Shown here: in pieces, positions 50,746-63,499 of the stretch
How the letters are laid out: every line of letters starts with the position of its first letter
How positions within the stretch are numbered: position 1 is the stretch's first letter
DNA from: Chiloscyllium plagiosum
Lineage: Eukaryota
NCBI RefSeq assembly: GCF_004010195.1
Contig: NC_057718.1
Location: 82,276,458 to 82,340,457 of the forward strand
Length of the DNA: 64,000 nucleotides
Reading direction: 5' to 3'
Translations under genes and position numbers: made by a program
The notes under the pieces: generated by a model
Database searches by the model: none
Told to the model about the DNA's origin: nothing
Seen by the model: only the letters and a program-made list of their open reading frames with translations

Positions 50746-52515
50746 TTCTGAGAATATACTTTGAAATGTAGGGAAGGTCAGCGAAACTTGTATAGAGCAT
50801 CATTTATGCCAGAGGGAATGCATTGTGTTTTTGATGTCATCTTGAGGCTCTGGAGATGGCACAGAGAAGATTGGCTGGAGCAGTACCAGAAATGAATAGG
50901 TATGTATCAAGAAACATTGACAAGCTGGATTTGTTCTTTCAAAGGCAGAGGGAAGACCTAGTGGAGGTCTGTCACATTATAGATGCAGAATATCTACTCT
51001 TATATGGAAAAGCATTGCAAAAGACAATTGATATAAGATGGTTACCAAGGAATTACGGTATGGAATTCATGAAACCTCTTTATACAAAGAGGTAGCAATC
51101 TGTAACTGTTAGTGAGTAGTTGAAGCAAAAATACAGTTTTAACATTTTAAAGGAAAGTTAGGTCATCTGTGGGATAAAGGAATAGAGAATAATGAGGAAA
51201 AAGGGGGAGTGTATTCAAGTGAAGCATAAACTCTGAAATAGGTTCAGCCAAATGTCGCGTTTCTTTGTTCTACATAAGCCGTTATGCAAGCAACTGAGCT
51301 CCGCTGATATTCGGGCTTTGTACCATTGCAGAAATCTCATTTAGCCTTAATGGGTAAATAACATATCTTCCATTAGACTATGTTCTGATAGAAGAGTGGA
51401 CCAGCTAACTTACTGTAAGCACTGTCAACAGACAGCTGTAATCTGAGGAATCTATAAATAGGTTTTTGACTTCATGACATTGCTGCCATGTGATTGCTGC
51501 ATCATATTCAATGAACCTGTACGCACTGTTTCAGTTCCTTCAAAAAGTATTAATTATCAAATGTATCAACAGTGTGTACTTTACTAATAGACTAGTAATC
51601 TCAATTATCAGCTCTATTGCTTTGCTTGCATTTCCGAACTTTCTGCATACCAGAAAGGGTTATGAATTACACTTTCCCATCAATATACTCAAACATTGAG
51701 TAGGCTTAATAAATATGCAGTGGTTTTCTTATTTCTTATTAAAAGTATCCTTACAACGTTCTGACTCTAACCTATCTTGTCAAATACTCTTGACTTAATC
51801 TGTTTCTGTTTTTTTCTGTGCTTTATGGAGCTTTTTGTTTGTCTCTAGCTCAATTAATGTCTTTACTAAATTATTTCTCTCCTAAATTAGGTCTCTTTTA
51901 CTATTAAGAAAAGAATCTAAGGCACTGCTTTCTCTGCTTTTATGATCACAAAATTCGACCCACCTAAAAATAACATTGAAAGTTCTGTTTTTGTCCTGTT
52001 ATAATCATCTGAATTTCTTAATGGTCATTTTTGCATAATAAACTGAGTCAGAAGTTGGTGCCACAGTCATTTTAGTTTTTGGGGGTGGCTGGGAGAAGTT
52101 GCCTTGATTGTTCATTTTGCACGCTTCCCTTTATTTGCTAGTTCTTATCTCAAATCTCAAGTGCAGATATTGAACAAACCCTTCCTTCAAGATAAGTGCT
52201 TTCAGCTGTACTGATAAAAGCAATAGATCAAGGCATACAGCTCATTAGTAGTGATGTGCAAAATGATGACGAGGGAAAAACTGTAAATGTTGTAAATGGC
52301 TTAAAAGGAAGTGTTTTTGAAACGCTCTTTGTGGTTTATCTTGATATTTGAAAAAAGATTCTGAGCATTAACATTTTGGGAGATAAATGTTTCTGATAAC
52401 TGGTGAATGGAAATATTCAGATATTCACAGTGACAAATCATAATGACCACTTCAAGAGATAGACACTAGCTGCAATTTAGGGTACCTTTCATTGTCCACT
52501 ACTTCCTGGGAACTG

Positions 52516-54240
52516 ACCATCCAGAACCTCAACGCCTCAGGGGATCTCCCATCCACCGCCTCCAATCTCATAGTCCCACTACCCCGCACCGCCCGTTTCT
52601 ACCTCCTGCCCAAAATCCACAAACCTGACTGCCCCGGCCGACCCATTGTCTCAGCCTGCTCCTGCCCCACCGAACTCATCTCTGCATACCTCGACACGGT
52701 CCTATCCCCCTTAGTCCAAGAACTCCCCACCTACGTTCGGGACACCACCCACGCCCTCCAGCTCCTCCATGATTTTCGCTTCCCCGGTCCTCAACGCCTT
52801 ATCTTCACCATGGACATCCAATCCCTGTACACCTCCATCCCCCATCACGAAGGACTTAAAGCCCTCCGCTTCTTCCTTTCCTGCCGTACCAATCAGTACC
52901 CTTCTACTGACACCCTCCTTCGACTGACTGAACTGGTCCTCACCCTGAACAACTTCTCTTTCCAATCCTCCCACTTCCTCCAAACGAAAGGAGTAGCCAT
53001 GGGCACCCGCATGGGCCTCAGCTATGCCTGCCTCTTCGTAGGATAGGTGGAACAGTCCATCTTCCGCANNNNNNNNNNNNNNNNNNNNNNNNNNNNNNNN
53101 NNNNNNNNNNNNNNNNNNNNNNNNNNNNNNNNNNNNNNNNNNNNNNNNNNNNNNNNNNNNNNNNNNNNNNNNNNNNNNNNNNNNNNNNNNNNNNNNNNNN
53201 NNNNNNNNNNNNNNNNNNNNNNNNNNNNNNNNNNNNNNNNNNNNNNNNNNNNNNNNNNNNNNNNNNNNNNNNNNNNNNNNNNNNNNNNNNNNNNNNNNNN
53301 NNNNNNNNNNNNNNNNNNNNNNNNNNNNNNNNNNNNNNNNNNNNNNNNNNNNNNNNNNNNNNNNNNNNNNNNNNNNNNNNNNNNNNNNNNNNNNNNNNNN
53401 NNNNNNNNNNNNNNNNNNNNNNNNNNNNNNNNNNNNNNNNNNNNNNNNNNNNNNNNNNNNNNNNNNNNNNNNNNNNNNNNNNNNNNNNNNNNNNNNNNNN
53501 NNNNNNNNNNNNNNNNNNNNNNNNNNNNNNNNNNNNNNNNNNNNNNNNNNNNNNNNNNNNNNNNNNNNNNNNNNNNNNNNNNNNNNNNNNNNNNNNNNNN
53601 NNNNNNNNNNNNNNNNNNNNNNNNNNNNNNNNNNNNNNNNNNNNNNNNNNNNNNNNNNNNNNNNNNNNNNNNNNNNNNNNNNNNNNNNNNNNNNNNNNNN
53701 NNNNNNNNNNNNNNNNNNNNNNNNNNNNNNNNNNNNNNNNNNNNNNNNNNNNNNNNNNNNNNNNNNNNNNNNNNNNNNNNNNNNNNNNNNNNNNNNNNNN
53801 NNNNNNNNNNNNNNNNNNNNNNNNNNNNNNNNNNNNNNNNNNNNNNNNNNNNNNNNNNNNNNNNNNNNNNNNNNNNNNNNNNNNNNNNNNNNNNNNNNNN
53901 NNNNNNNNNNNNNNNNNNNNNNNNNNNNNNNNNNNNNNNNNNNNNNNNNNNNNNNNNNNNNNNNNNNNNNNNNNNNNNNNNNNNACTCAGCACCGCCTTC
54001 CTAACCTGCAATCATCTTCCTGACCGCCCCCACCCCACTCCGACCTATCACCCTCACCTTGACCTCCCTCCACCTATCGCATTTCCAAAGCCCCTCCCCC
54101 AAGTCCCTCCTCCCTACCTTTTATCTTCGCCTGCTGGACACATTTTCCTCATTCCTGATGAAGGGCTTATGCCCGAAACGTCGATTCTCCTGTTCCTTGG
54201 ATGCTGCCTGACCTGCGCTTTTCCAGCAACACATTTTCAG
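52516..54240 (+). mobile_element. Penelope-like (Neptune-type) element with RT, spanning gap 53069-53984, ending in a pLTR
   Basis: FYLLPKIHKPDCPGRPIVS, FTMDIQSLYTSIPH, LNNFSF, GVAMGTRMG; in-frame TAG at 53044; hammerhead motif at 54155-54182. Confidence 0.9.
53069..53984. other. Assembly gap (others at 10075-10303 and 18455-18759)
   Basis: N runs; all three lie inside young retroelements. Confidence 1.
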
Positions 54241-54845
54241 CAACTGAAAAACTATGCCATGTTCTTCGCAGCCTGCAACACATCGATGAGGATGAGCACC
54301 TTGCCAAGAAATTCCTCGTGCTTCCACTTCTTGTTTTAAGTAACCACACCACATCAGACAGATCATTGTTCGCAGCAAATTGCCTCACCTTCAGGACAAC
54401 ACCATACAACCTGTCACAGTACATACTGCAAGACTTATCAGTGTCTATGCAGATAATACCACCATTACTCATGGGTCACCACCCATCCATGAATGCAGCA
54501 GGTACTTGGGCAACGTTGGCAGAGTCGCATATCTCATACGCCACAGGCAAGGATGCCTGAGGCATGGTACATTGGTGAGACCAAGCACAGGATGTGGCAA
54601 CAGATGAATGGACTCCACGCAACGATCACCAGTTAGGAGTGTTCCCTCCCAGTTGGGGAACACGTCAGCAGTCTGGGATGTTCAGCCTCTGACCCTTGGG
54701 TGACATCTTCCAAGGCGGACTTCTGGTCAGGCAACAGCACAAAGTGGCCAGGCAGGGGCTGATGGGCAAGTTCGGTACCCATGGGGATGGCCTCAACTGA
54801 AACTTTGGATTCGTGTCACACTACAGATGACCCCACTGCACTATA
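54240..54845 (+). mobile_element. Penelope-like GIY-YIG fragment (different family)
   Basis: NVGRVAYLIRHRQGC, WYIGETK remnants, frameshifted. Confidence 0.7.
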
Positions 54846-55008
54846 GGAGAGGAAGCAGTGACTGCTAGTATCTCTAAGGTAAATATTGTGACTGAGGGAG
54901 GGCTTGAATTGCTCATTGGAGGACAACACATTTTCTTTGATCTTGTTTGCGTGCTCAAGAAAGGGTCATGCTGTAGAGGTGTGGGTGTTGGACTGGGGTA
55001 GACAAAGT

Positions 55009-56245
55009 TTAAAAATCACACAACCGGGTTACAGTCCAAGTTTATTTGGATGTAGAAGCTTTCAGAGTGCTGCTCCTTGACGTAACCAGTGGGGCAGGAT
55101 CATAAGACATAGTTTATAGTAAAAGATCAGTGTCATGTAATTTAAAATGATATATTGAACAAACTTAAATTGCTGTTAAGTCGTTCATCTTTCAGAATGG
55201 GTAGCAGGTTTCAGTCCATTAATACAAAATCCTAGAATTACTTTTGAATCACATTCTTGTGATAACGTAAGGATTTCTAGTAAAACAAAGTGACATCTCT
55301 GCTGAGACCATGTGTTAAAGGTGAGGTTATTCTGTCTGTATCCCAATCCTGGGAGTCAGACTGGTTCTATTTCCGAAGTAGGAATTCATAAAATGTTATA
55401 TGGACTGACTGCCTTCAGATTTTATTTTGGCATTAAATGTACAATGTATCTGCAAATTCAAATTCACCCCATAAATTTGTGTGTGTGTGTGTCTGAGAGC
55501 ATGCGTATGAGGAGGGTCTGTCTGTGTGTAGTACAGAGGAGTCAGCTGTAGTGTGAATTGCTCTTGGGTTCATTTCATGTTACAGGTGACTGCACTACAT
55601 TATTCTTGTGCTCTCTCTCTCTCTCTCGTGCACACAGATCCTCATATACACACGCTATCTCTGTCAGACACACCCTCCACACTCAACCATGCATACGCCT
55701 TCTCACAGGTTTATACTCTGTCACATTCGCACATGTGTGTGCACAAATAGTCTCATGCTCACACTCTTCCCCCTCACATGCGTGTGTGCACACTAGTCTA
55801 TGGGGTGAATTTGCATTTGCAGATATATTCTATTTTTCTCAGTGCTCAATCTGCAGGCAGTCAATCCATATAACACATTATAAATTCCTACTTTGGAAAT
55901 AGAACCAGTCTGAGTCAAGATTGGGATACAGACAGACTCTAACCTCACACCTTTAATACATTGTTTGAGCTGAGATGTCACCTTTTTTATGTAAAACCTT
56001 AAGTTACCTTGGGACTGTGACTTGAAAGAAGTTCTGGAATTTACATGTTGATGAACCGAAACCTGCAACCCATTCTAAAAGATGAAAGACTTAACAGCAA
56101 TCTAAGTTCATGACACTGAGATTTTGCTATAATTTCCACTTCTTATGATCCTGCCCCACTACTTTTGGGATGAAGGAGCAGTGCTCTGAAAGCTAGTACT
56201 TCCAAATAAACCTGTTGGACTATAAGCTGGTGTTGTGATTTTTAA
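55009..56245. repeat. Large imperfect inverted repeat of Penelope-like pLTRs around a (TG)/(CA)/(CT)-rich spacer
   Basis: ~55009-55475 is the reverse complement of ~55799-56245; ORFs 55312-55551(+) and 55793-56068(-) share QTGSIS.VGI...LYGLTA and YLQ.QIHPI. Confidence 0.85.
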
Positions 56246-56854
56246 CAAGGAAAGGTCAGAAGATAGTGTTCTTGTATCAGGCAGATGCGTTCAGCTCTGT
56301 GGAGAGTTTGGAGCCTTGGGAGTGAGGAAGAAGTTCTCTGCATGAAAGAGACCAATGATTTGGAACTCTGATGTCAGAGTGTGTCTAAAGCGCTGATGGA
56401 AAATCACAAATGTTCACGAGCAGAGTTCCACTGATATGGAATGTGGAAAAGAAGGTCACCAATGTGTGAGACACAGATCATTTTATTGGTAATGGTTTAG
56501 AAATTAACCTTCAAGGTGAAGTCTACTTGTTTTTTGTTGAGTATCTATTATGCTTTTGTTGAAAAAAAAACAATTTTGAAGAACTTGTGCTCGAAACATT
56601 GACTCTCCTGCTCTTTGGATGCTGCCTGAATTGCTGTGCTTTTCCAGCACCATACTTTTTGACTCTGATCTCCAGTATCTGCAATCCTCAGTTTCTCCTA
56701 ATTTCCAAATATAGGCCAACTATAGGCCAAATATAAACCTGTTGGACTATAAGCTGGTGTTGTGATTTTTAACAAGGAAAGGTCAGAAGACGGTGTTCTT
56801 GTATCAGGCAGATGCATTCAGCTCTGTGGAGAGTTGGGAGCCTTGGGAGTGAGG
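56206..56854 (+). repeat. 122-bp direct duplication (56206-56327 and 56733-56854)
   Basis: About 4 mismatches by eye. Confidence 0.9.
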
Positions 56855-57354
56855 CAAACTAAGGCAAAATGCATCAAAATGGGTATCTCTTTTGAATTCT
56901 GCGCCAAGCAGTCAACCTTCTTGCAACTGAGCATTTTATATCAGCCACTGAGCCTGCAGCTTGAGTTGTGTGGAATGAAAATTGACACTGAAAATTCTAA
57001 TAAAAATGTTCAGTTAGGCTCTTCCAGGGATGAGCTTATGCATGTTATAATACTGACCAAGGTACCTAGCTGCTGAAACTGTGCTAGTTGCACCTTTTCC
57101 TAGCTTCAGGATTGTGGAAAACCTTAGTGAAATTCATGCTGACATCTGTTATGGTCTTTGGCCAGTGGCCAAATTATGCCAATGTAAAATGTGCTCCTGA
57201 ATGTCATTCTAATTGTGTGAGATAGAACCTTTTTTGTACAAAAAGCTGCATGGAAGAAGTCTTATGGTTTTGTAGAATTCTACCATGCAGAAAGTGGCCA
57301 TTAGCCCCATCATTGTTGTTTTGAAAAAGCTACCCAATGATTCCTCCCTTTTTT

Positions 57355-57810
57355 TTTGAAGTTTGTGGGTTTGTTCACCAAGCCGGTGGTGTCCTGCAAA
57401 TGTTTTGTTGCCTCGCTGGGTGACAATGTATCTTTAAGGTGTTGGTGGCCTGTACTGTCTCTGCTATTTCTAGTTCTGTGCAACGAGCACAGTTTCTAGT
57501 TCTGTGTTTGTATACAGGGTCCAGTTCCCTGTGTCTATTGATTAAATTCCAGTTGGAGGGCTAGGCTTCAAGGAATTCTCTGGCATGTCTCCACACAAAG
57601 ATGCTTACATCGTCTCAATTGTCCTTTGTCTGTGTGGTTGAAAATGTGTGCTGGTCGTTTCTGGCAGTGGTGAACTTAGTTTGTGCACTCGCATGGTCAG
57701 TTTTCTTCCTGGCCCACGTAGTGTTTGCCCTGTTGGATGTGATTGTTGGGTCTTTTAACCTCTGAGCTGGTGGAAGGTTTACTGGTTTGTGGGCCAGTAA
57801 GGTTCCTCAC
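57355..57810 (-). mobile_element. Degenerate Poseidon-type Penelope 3' fragment
   Basis: aggaattctctggcatgtct and ggtttgtgggc blocks shared with 20130-20700. Confidence 0.6.
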
Positions 57811-59676
57811 TTTGCTTTTCCTGAATCCTTGCAAGTTTCCCTGAAGTATTTATTCAATTCTCTCTTCTAAGGTGTAATTGAATCATCTACATCATCCATC
57901 CTTTATGTATATTTACAAACTAGTGATATATGTAGTGACCAAGTCTTGTAAAAGTTATTTGGGGGCTGGCTTATTTGCTTTACACAGGTGGGCAAAGTAG
58001 TAGCAGTGAGTTTCACATTGATTTCAAGCTGTCTTGTCCTGTGCATGGTAAATGTTGGTTTTTGAGAGAATAAATTGTTCTTGGGTTTCAGGAAATTCGA
58101 TTGCTTGATGTTTTCCCACTGCTAGAGGGCTCCATATAATATGTGCTGTAACAGATATATCTTCCAGGGGTTTTGTCTGTATGTTTGTGACAAGGTAGAA
58201 TTTGCCTCTTTTAAGAGGGAGTGCTCTCTCTTGCATCAATAGTAGTAGATTTGTTAGCCCACACTTGTTGGGCAGATAACCTCACCTTATCGCCAGGGAC
58301 TGACTCATACAATGGTCTAACTTAGACACATCTATGCTGGTTATGATTCTTTTTTGTGGAACAGTACCAGATTTGTCAAGGTGCAACTTAGTCTTTGGTT
58401 ATCTCTCCAAATAAGAATTTATAAAATTTGAATTTGCACTCATGTAAAATCCAAAGCAGGTGTCTTTATATTTAGTAACTTCTGTGGACTTGCAAAGATG
58501 GTTAGCAGAGTTCCTTGTTTTTAAAGAGGTCAGCTAAAAGGACTGTAGGGACATTTTATTATAAGTGCAGACCACCTGTCTGGGGCTGGGTTTATCATGA
58601 TATCAGATTTCAGATTTTGCTTTGGAGTTTGCTTATTTGTCTATCTTATTTGGTGATTAGCATGGGAAAGGAAAATAACTAACTTCCCAGTTCAACACTC
58701 CTGTTTCTGAAAAATCTCTTGTGGGTCTCATCTGGTGCTTGAGGTCCTGGTCCAGTCTGTACCTTGACTATCATCCTGATAGATCCAAAAAAATTAATAC
58801 TATTTCCTGAGCGGGTACATTGGCAAAGATCCTAATAACAACATCTATTTGTATTTATTGATGACATCCTTTGTATAACTGAACATCACACCAAGAGCAC
58901 CAGCTGAATATTCCATGCCTTTAAATTTTTTTTGTTGTCAAGAATAGAGACTTCATCCAAAGTGTGGTGTTCACACAGTGAATTTCTGAAGAGGGAAGTC
59001 GTTTCTTTATCCTGTGATTTGGGTTGTTCACAGCAGTAAATGTTATGCTTTCATATTACAATTTGTTAACCAGTCTTGCATTGTCATTGACTAAGTCTTG
59101 TCTATAATCGGTTTTGTATTTAAAAGAATCTAGTGGTGGGATCTTTAATACAAAGAAAGCATCTAATTGGCCATGTCAGGAACTGTGTAAATCAATTAAA
59201 TTTATACTGTGATCCATGGGGTCATGATATTCGAGAGAAACAGTGCACTTCTCCCATCTCGGTCATAACGCAACTTAACATCCAGCATTTGTTTGTTTTG
59301 AAGATTTTTCAATGAGTCCTATGAATTAGCTTTATAATAATAAAAGGCTTGATGACCAGCAGAATTTGACACTGTTGCCCAGAACTGAAGATTTCACTGC
59401 AAACCACCAAGTGCAACCCTTCTGTGAAGGCTTTATTTTATTTGGTTCTGCTTATCGGGTGGCACTTACTGCATCTTAAGTTTGGCAAACAATTCTGGAT
59501 TTTTTATAGTTGGGAATTGGGCATAGAGTGATGGTGGAAAATTGTTGACCTTTGAAACGTGGGTGGAGCTAGCAATTGCTGCTAACTGACAGTGGTTAAA
59601 AGTCTTTGGGCAAGAGATGAAGAACTCAATGTGCTCATGATTGGGATATGCTAACATTTGATATCTTCTCATTCAG

Positions 59677-59787
59677 ACCACCCTGCCATCCTTCAAGAAA
59701 TCTGAGTTCTCAGTTACCCGGCAGCATGAAGACTTTGTTTGGTTGCATGACACCTTGGTCGAGAACGAAGATTATGCTGGTATTATT
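59677..59787 (+). CDS. SNX5: SNX5 coding exon 3
   Basis: attcag| [37 protein letters not shown] |gtgagt; 111 nt; FVWLHDTL is SNX5-like rather than SNX6-like. Confidence 0.96.
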
Positions 59788-60991
59788 GTGAGTAGCCGAA
59801 AAACATTTAACAGTTGCTGACCATGTAACTGCATGTGATTAATGTTTCACGTGGATGCAATCCATTATTTTCTTAATGGTGAAAAAGCCAGAAAGTCTGG
59901 AAGAGCAAGATTTGTGTCCAGGTAAATATCGCTGAAAGCAAATAAATACTGACAAAGTTTAATAAAAATGGCTGAAGGAATACCTGTATTGGCATTTATT
60001 TTTATGGTGACTGCAACAAAACAGGGGAGGGAGTGACATTTCAGAGAGCCAGAGTTAGACTTCATCTGGATTTGGTTATGAATCTAATGAAGGCCTAGGA
60101 AGTTCAATGCAGATTAACCCTTTCAACTTGGCATAATTTAAAATTAAAGGGAGAATTGTATAAAGTTGACTTGTATTCCCTTGAGTTTAAAAGGCCTTTG
60201 AAATAATAAAAGGGATGAAGTAGGATAGAAACAGTGAAACGATTTCTTGGAAAAGCTAAAATCAGGAGCAACAATTTTAAAATTTGGAAGTAGGCCATTT
60301 AAAAGTGAAATTGGAAAATAGTAATCCTTTCAAAAAGGATACGGTCGGTTCTGCTATAATGTGCGTTTCTTCAGCACGAATTGGCTATAATGCGATTGAA
60401 GAATTTTAGACCGTTATTTGTAGAATATGAACTTTCCTTACCTGTGTTAGTTTAAATGGTGCTGCTATTAAGTGGTTTTCTTTAAATGTGGGGTCACACA
60501 GGAACAGAACTATTGCATTATATTGGATCTGACTGTAGTGAAAGTTTTTAACTTTGTTTCCAAAAGAATTAGTAATCTAGCAGTCAACTAAAGCTTTCTA
60601 TAGATAAGCAGATTCTAGGCATTGAGGGATATAGAGCAGAGGTTCATAGTGAGAATTAAGATACAGATCTAGAGGAATAATGGAAGAAGTTCAAGGGGAT
60701 GAATGACGGCTTGATGTTTTCTACTTAAATTTGTGTGTAGCTTTAATGTTCTGTATTAAAAATTTAAAAAAATGTTTGTGTTGAAACATTGAACATGGGG
60801 TTAGACAAAATTAAGTACTAAAGGGCATCAGATTTCATGTGATTTGTAATTGTTTTGGAGAAGTAGAGAATATTTGGATCTTATGCAGATGCATTTTGGG
60901 TGAGGGAACGTAAAACATACCTTTACTGAAAGTATTTATTTTGTTGAGGTCAACCTAACTTGTCTTTCCTTCTTACTCCACCTCCACTTAG

Positions 60992-61113
60992 ATACCTCCA
61001 GCACCTGCCAAACCAGACTTTGATGTTGCAAGAGAAAAGATGCAAAAGCTGGGTGAAGGGGAAGGCTCCATGTCGAAAGAGGAATTTAATAAAATGAAGC
61101 AAGAACTTGAAGC
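60992..61113 (+). CDS. SNX5: SNX5 coding exon 4 (SNX5/6-type helical insertion of the PX domain)
   Basis: cttag| [40 protein letters not shown](A) |gtaagc; 122 nt. Confidence 0.96.
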
Positions 61114-61487
61114 GTAAGCGATTGAGAAAAATGTCATCCTTTGATTTGTGACAAGTCCAATCTCAGCTGTTACACTCCAGTTGGAGTACAAGCAGAGATG
61201 GGAGCTGGTTTTAAATCTAATGCAAGGACAGGGAATAGGCTGACTAACTGTGATTTTTCTTGTTGAAGTATGACTGCTGTTTGCATTAAATTTGGTCAGA
61301 AATTGAGTACAATTTTTAAGATGCTGTTTTAAAACCAAATTTTGCCCAAGAATTGTTGATTTTGTAAATATGACCTAGTCATTATTTTCACTCAGTCAAA
61401 CATTTAATTTATGCAACAATTAGAATCAATAATTTGTGATTATCTAGTATAACTGATTCTCACTCTTCCTCTTTTTTTTGGGTTTAG

Positions 61488-61611
61488 GGAGTACTTGGTT
61501 GTCTTTAAAAAGACTGTGTCCATCCATGAAGTCTTCCTTCAGAGACTTGCAGTTCACAGTGTGTTGGGCAAAGACCATAACTTCCACGTTTTCCTGGAAT
61601 ACGACCAGGAT
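61488..61611 (+). CDS. SNX5: SNX5 coding exon 5; the gene continues beyond the window
   Basis: tttag| (A)[41 protein letters not shown] |gtaagg; 124 nt. Confidence 0.96.
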
Positions 61612-62179
61612 GTAAGGCACTTAAAAATGACACTTTCTTCCTTGAAAGCCTCTGAGGCAGAATGTTCTATCCTTGGCTTTATTTTTGGGTGGGAGGAATG
61701 TTGATAGTGAGAAGTGAGAGTTAATGCAGTTTCTCTAAACCAAGGTTCAAAAATCAATGACAACCAGTAGTTTCGTTTCAGATTGATAGTACTGCAGGAA
61801 ATTTCTTGGTCAGAACAGGTTTTAATTTAAATCTGACATGCTTTGATCTACAGAAGGAATTACTAACTTTAACACTTCTGCACAATGTAGTCCTATCCAC
61901 TTCGCTGATGCATTAGCTTTTATTCATAATTGTTCCTTTGCCTCTTCGAATAATGCTGCACAAAGGCTAATTGTGCCATAACAAGAGTTCTCTTTAAAGG
62001 CTATCCAATTAGTCTCACCCCATGCTCTTTCTCCCTTCCTCTGCAAATGTCCCTTCTCAAGTATAATTAAGCAGTTCAAACAATTCCATCTACTGTGCTT
62101 GCATCAGCATATTCCAGATCATTGTGATGTACTGTTTTTTTAACAAAAAAAACCCCTGGTTTTCAACGAACCAAAAAAT

Positions 62180-63012
62180 TGAAAACTGGATGCTGGAAAT
62201 CAGGAACAAAAAGAAATAGAAATTGCTGGAAAATCTCAGCAAATCTGGCAGCAGCATTTGTGGAGAGAAAACAATTATCGTTTCAGGTCCAGTGACTCTT
62301 ATTCAGAACTGATAGCAAGGAAAGGGTTGGTATTTATGTGGAAGATGTGGTGGGGAGAAGGGTGGAGTAAATAAAAGGAGATAGACAAAGTGGCTAAAGG
62401 TCAGTCTGGGAGAATGAATAGCTGCTAATGGGAGTGATTAGCTAACAATGGGTTGTGTGCACAGACTGAGTGACCACCTTGCAGAACACCTATGTTCTGT
62501 CTGCAAAAATGACCCAAGCTTCTAGTTGCTTCCCACTTCAACCTGCTGTGTTTCCTGGCCAACACCATTGTCTCAGGCTTGCTGCAGTGCTCCAGTGAAG
62601 TTCAGTGCAAGCTGGAAGAACAGCACCTCCTTTTCCACTTGGAAACTGTGCGAACTCCCAGACTCTATACAGAGTTAAACAATTTTAGGGCTTGAGCAAC
62701 TTCGCCCATGTTCTTACCCCAACCCCATCACGTGGACTGCTACCACACACAACCCATTGTCAGCTATTAATCCCCATTAGCTATTCATTCTCCCAGACTG
62801 ACCTTTTATCTACTTATTTGTCTGTCCAATTGTTTCTCTCTTTTGGGCTCCATCTCCACTTATCATTTCTATTCTCCCTCCTACCCCCACTACATCCTCA
62901 AAAAAATACCATCAGTACTGAAGAAGGGTTACTGCTTGAAGCGCTAACTCTGATTAGTCTCCACAGGTGCTGTCAGACCTACTGAGTTGTTCCAGTAATT
63001 TCTGTTTTTGCT
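62180..63012. mobile_element. Penelope-like insertion with inverted pLTR ends and a central GIY-YIG C-terminal remnant
   Basis: agaaattgctggaaaatctcag / ctgagttgttccagtaatttct arms; RLSDHLAEHL..KLEEQHLLFHL remnants. Confidence 0.7.
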
Positions 63013-63199
63013 CATAGCTGTGACTCTGGTGATTTTTGTAGTTATTGCTTTCTAAATTTGTTTTGCTGGGAAAAACATGCTTTTAGTAATTTCAGGTACT
63101 GTTTATATTGGAGGGAGTTAGCAGGAGAAGAAACATTTTAAGTGCTGTAGCTCTCCATACCAGTCTAACCAGTCTACTGACTATGAACTAATCTAATTG

Positions 63200-63490
63200 A
63201 TGTCGAAGAGTGTGGTACTAGAAAAGCACAGCCGGTCAAGTAGTATCTGAGGAGCAGGAGAATTGATGTTTCGGGCACGTGCCCTTCATCAGGAATGAGG
63301 CTTGTGGGCCTAGAGGTCTGAGAGAGAGGTGGGCGGGGCGGGGGTGGGGGAAGGTAGCTGGGAATGTGATAGGTAGATGAAGGTGGGGGAGAACGTGATA
63401 GTTTGGAGAGGAGGGTGGAGCAGATAGGTGGGAAGGAAGATGGACAGGTAGGACCATTCGAGAGGGCGGTGCTGGGTTGGAAGGTTTATA
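63200..63490 (-). mobile_element. Penelope pLTR fragment
   Basis: Same family as 18003-18300; hammerhead-like core on the minus strand. Confidence 0.75.
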
Positions 63491-63499
63491 CTGGGATAA

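Noticed and set aside
52256..52368. C/D-box-like arrangement (GTGC..ATGATGA...CTGA-GCAT)
   Set aside because: No recognisable rRNA/snRNA antisense element or internal C'/D' boxes; easily arises by chance in AT-rich DNA
53022..54339. Long ORFs (329 aa, 430 aa) and similar ones near 10 kb and 18.5 kb
   Set aside because: Artefacts of translating N gaps
61889..61910. TATCCACTTCGCTGA resembles the SNORD17 guide plus D' box
   Set aside because: Extra base in the guide and no upstream RTGATGA C box
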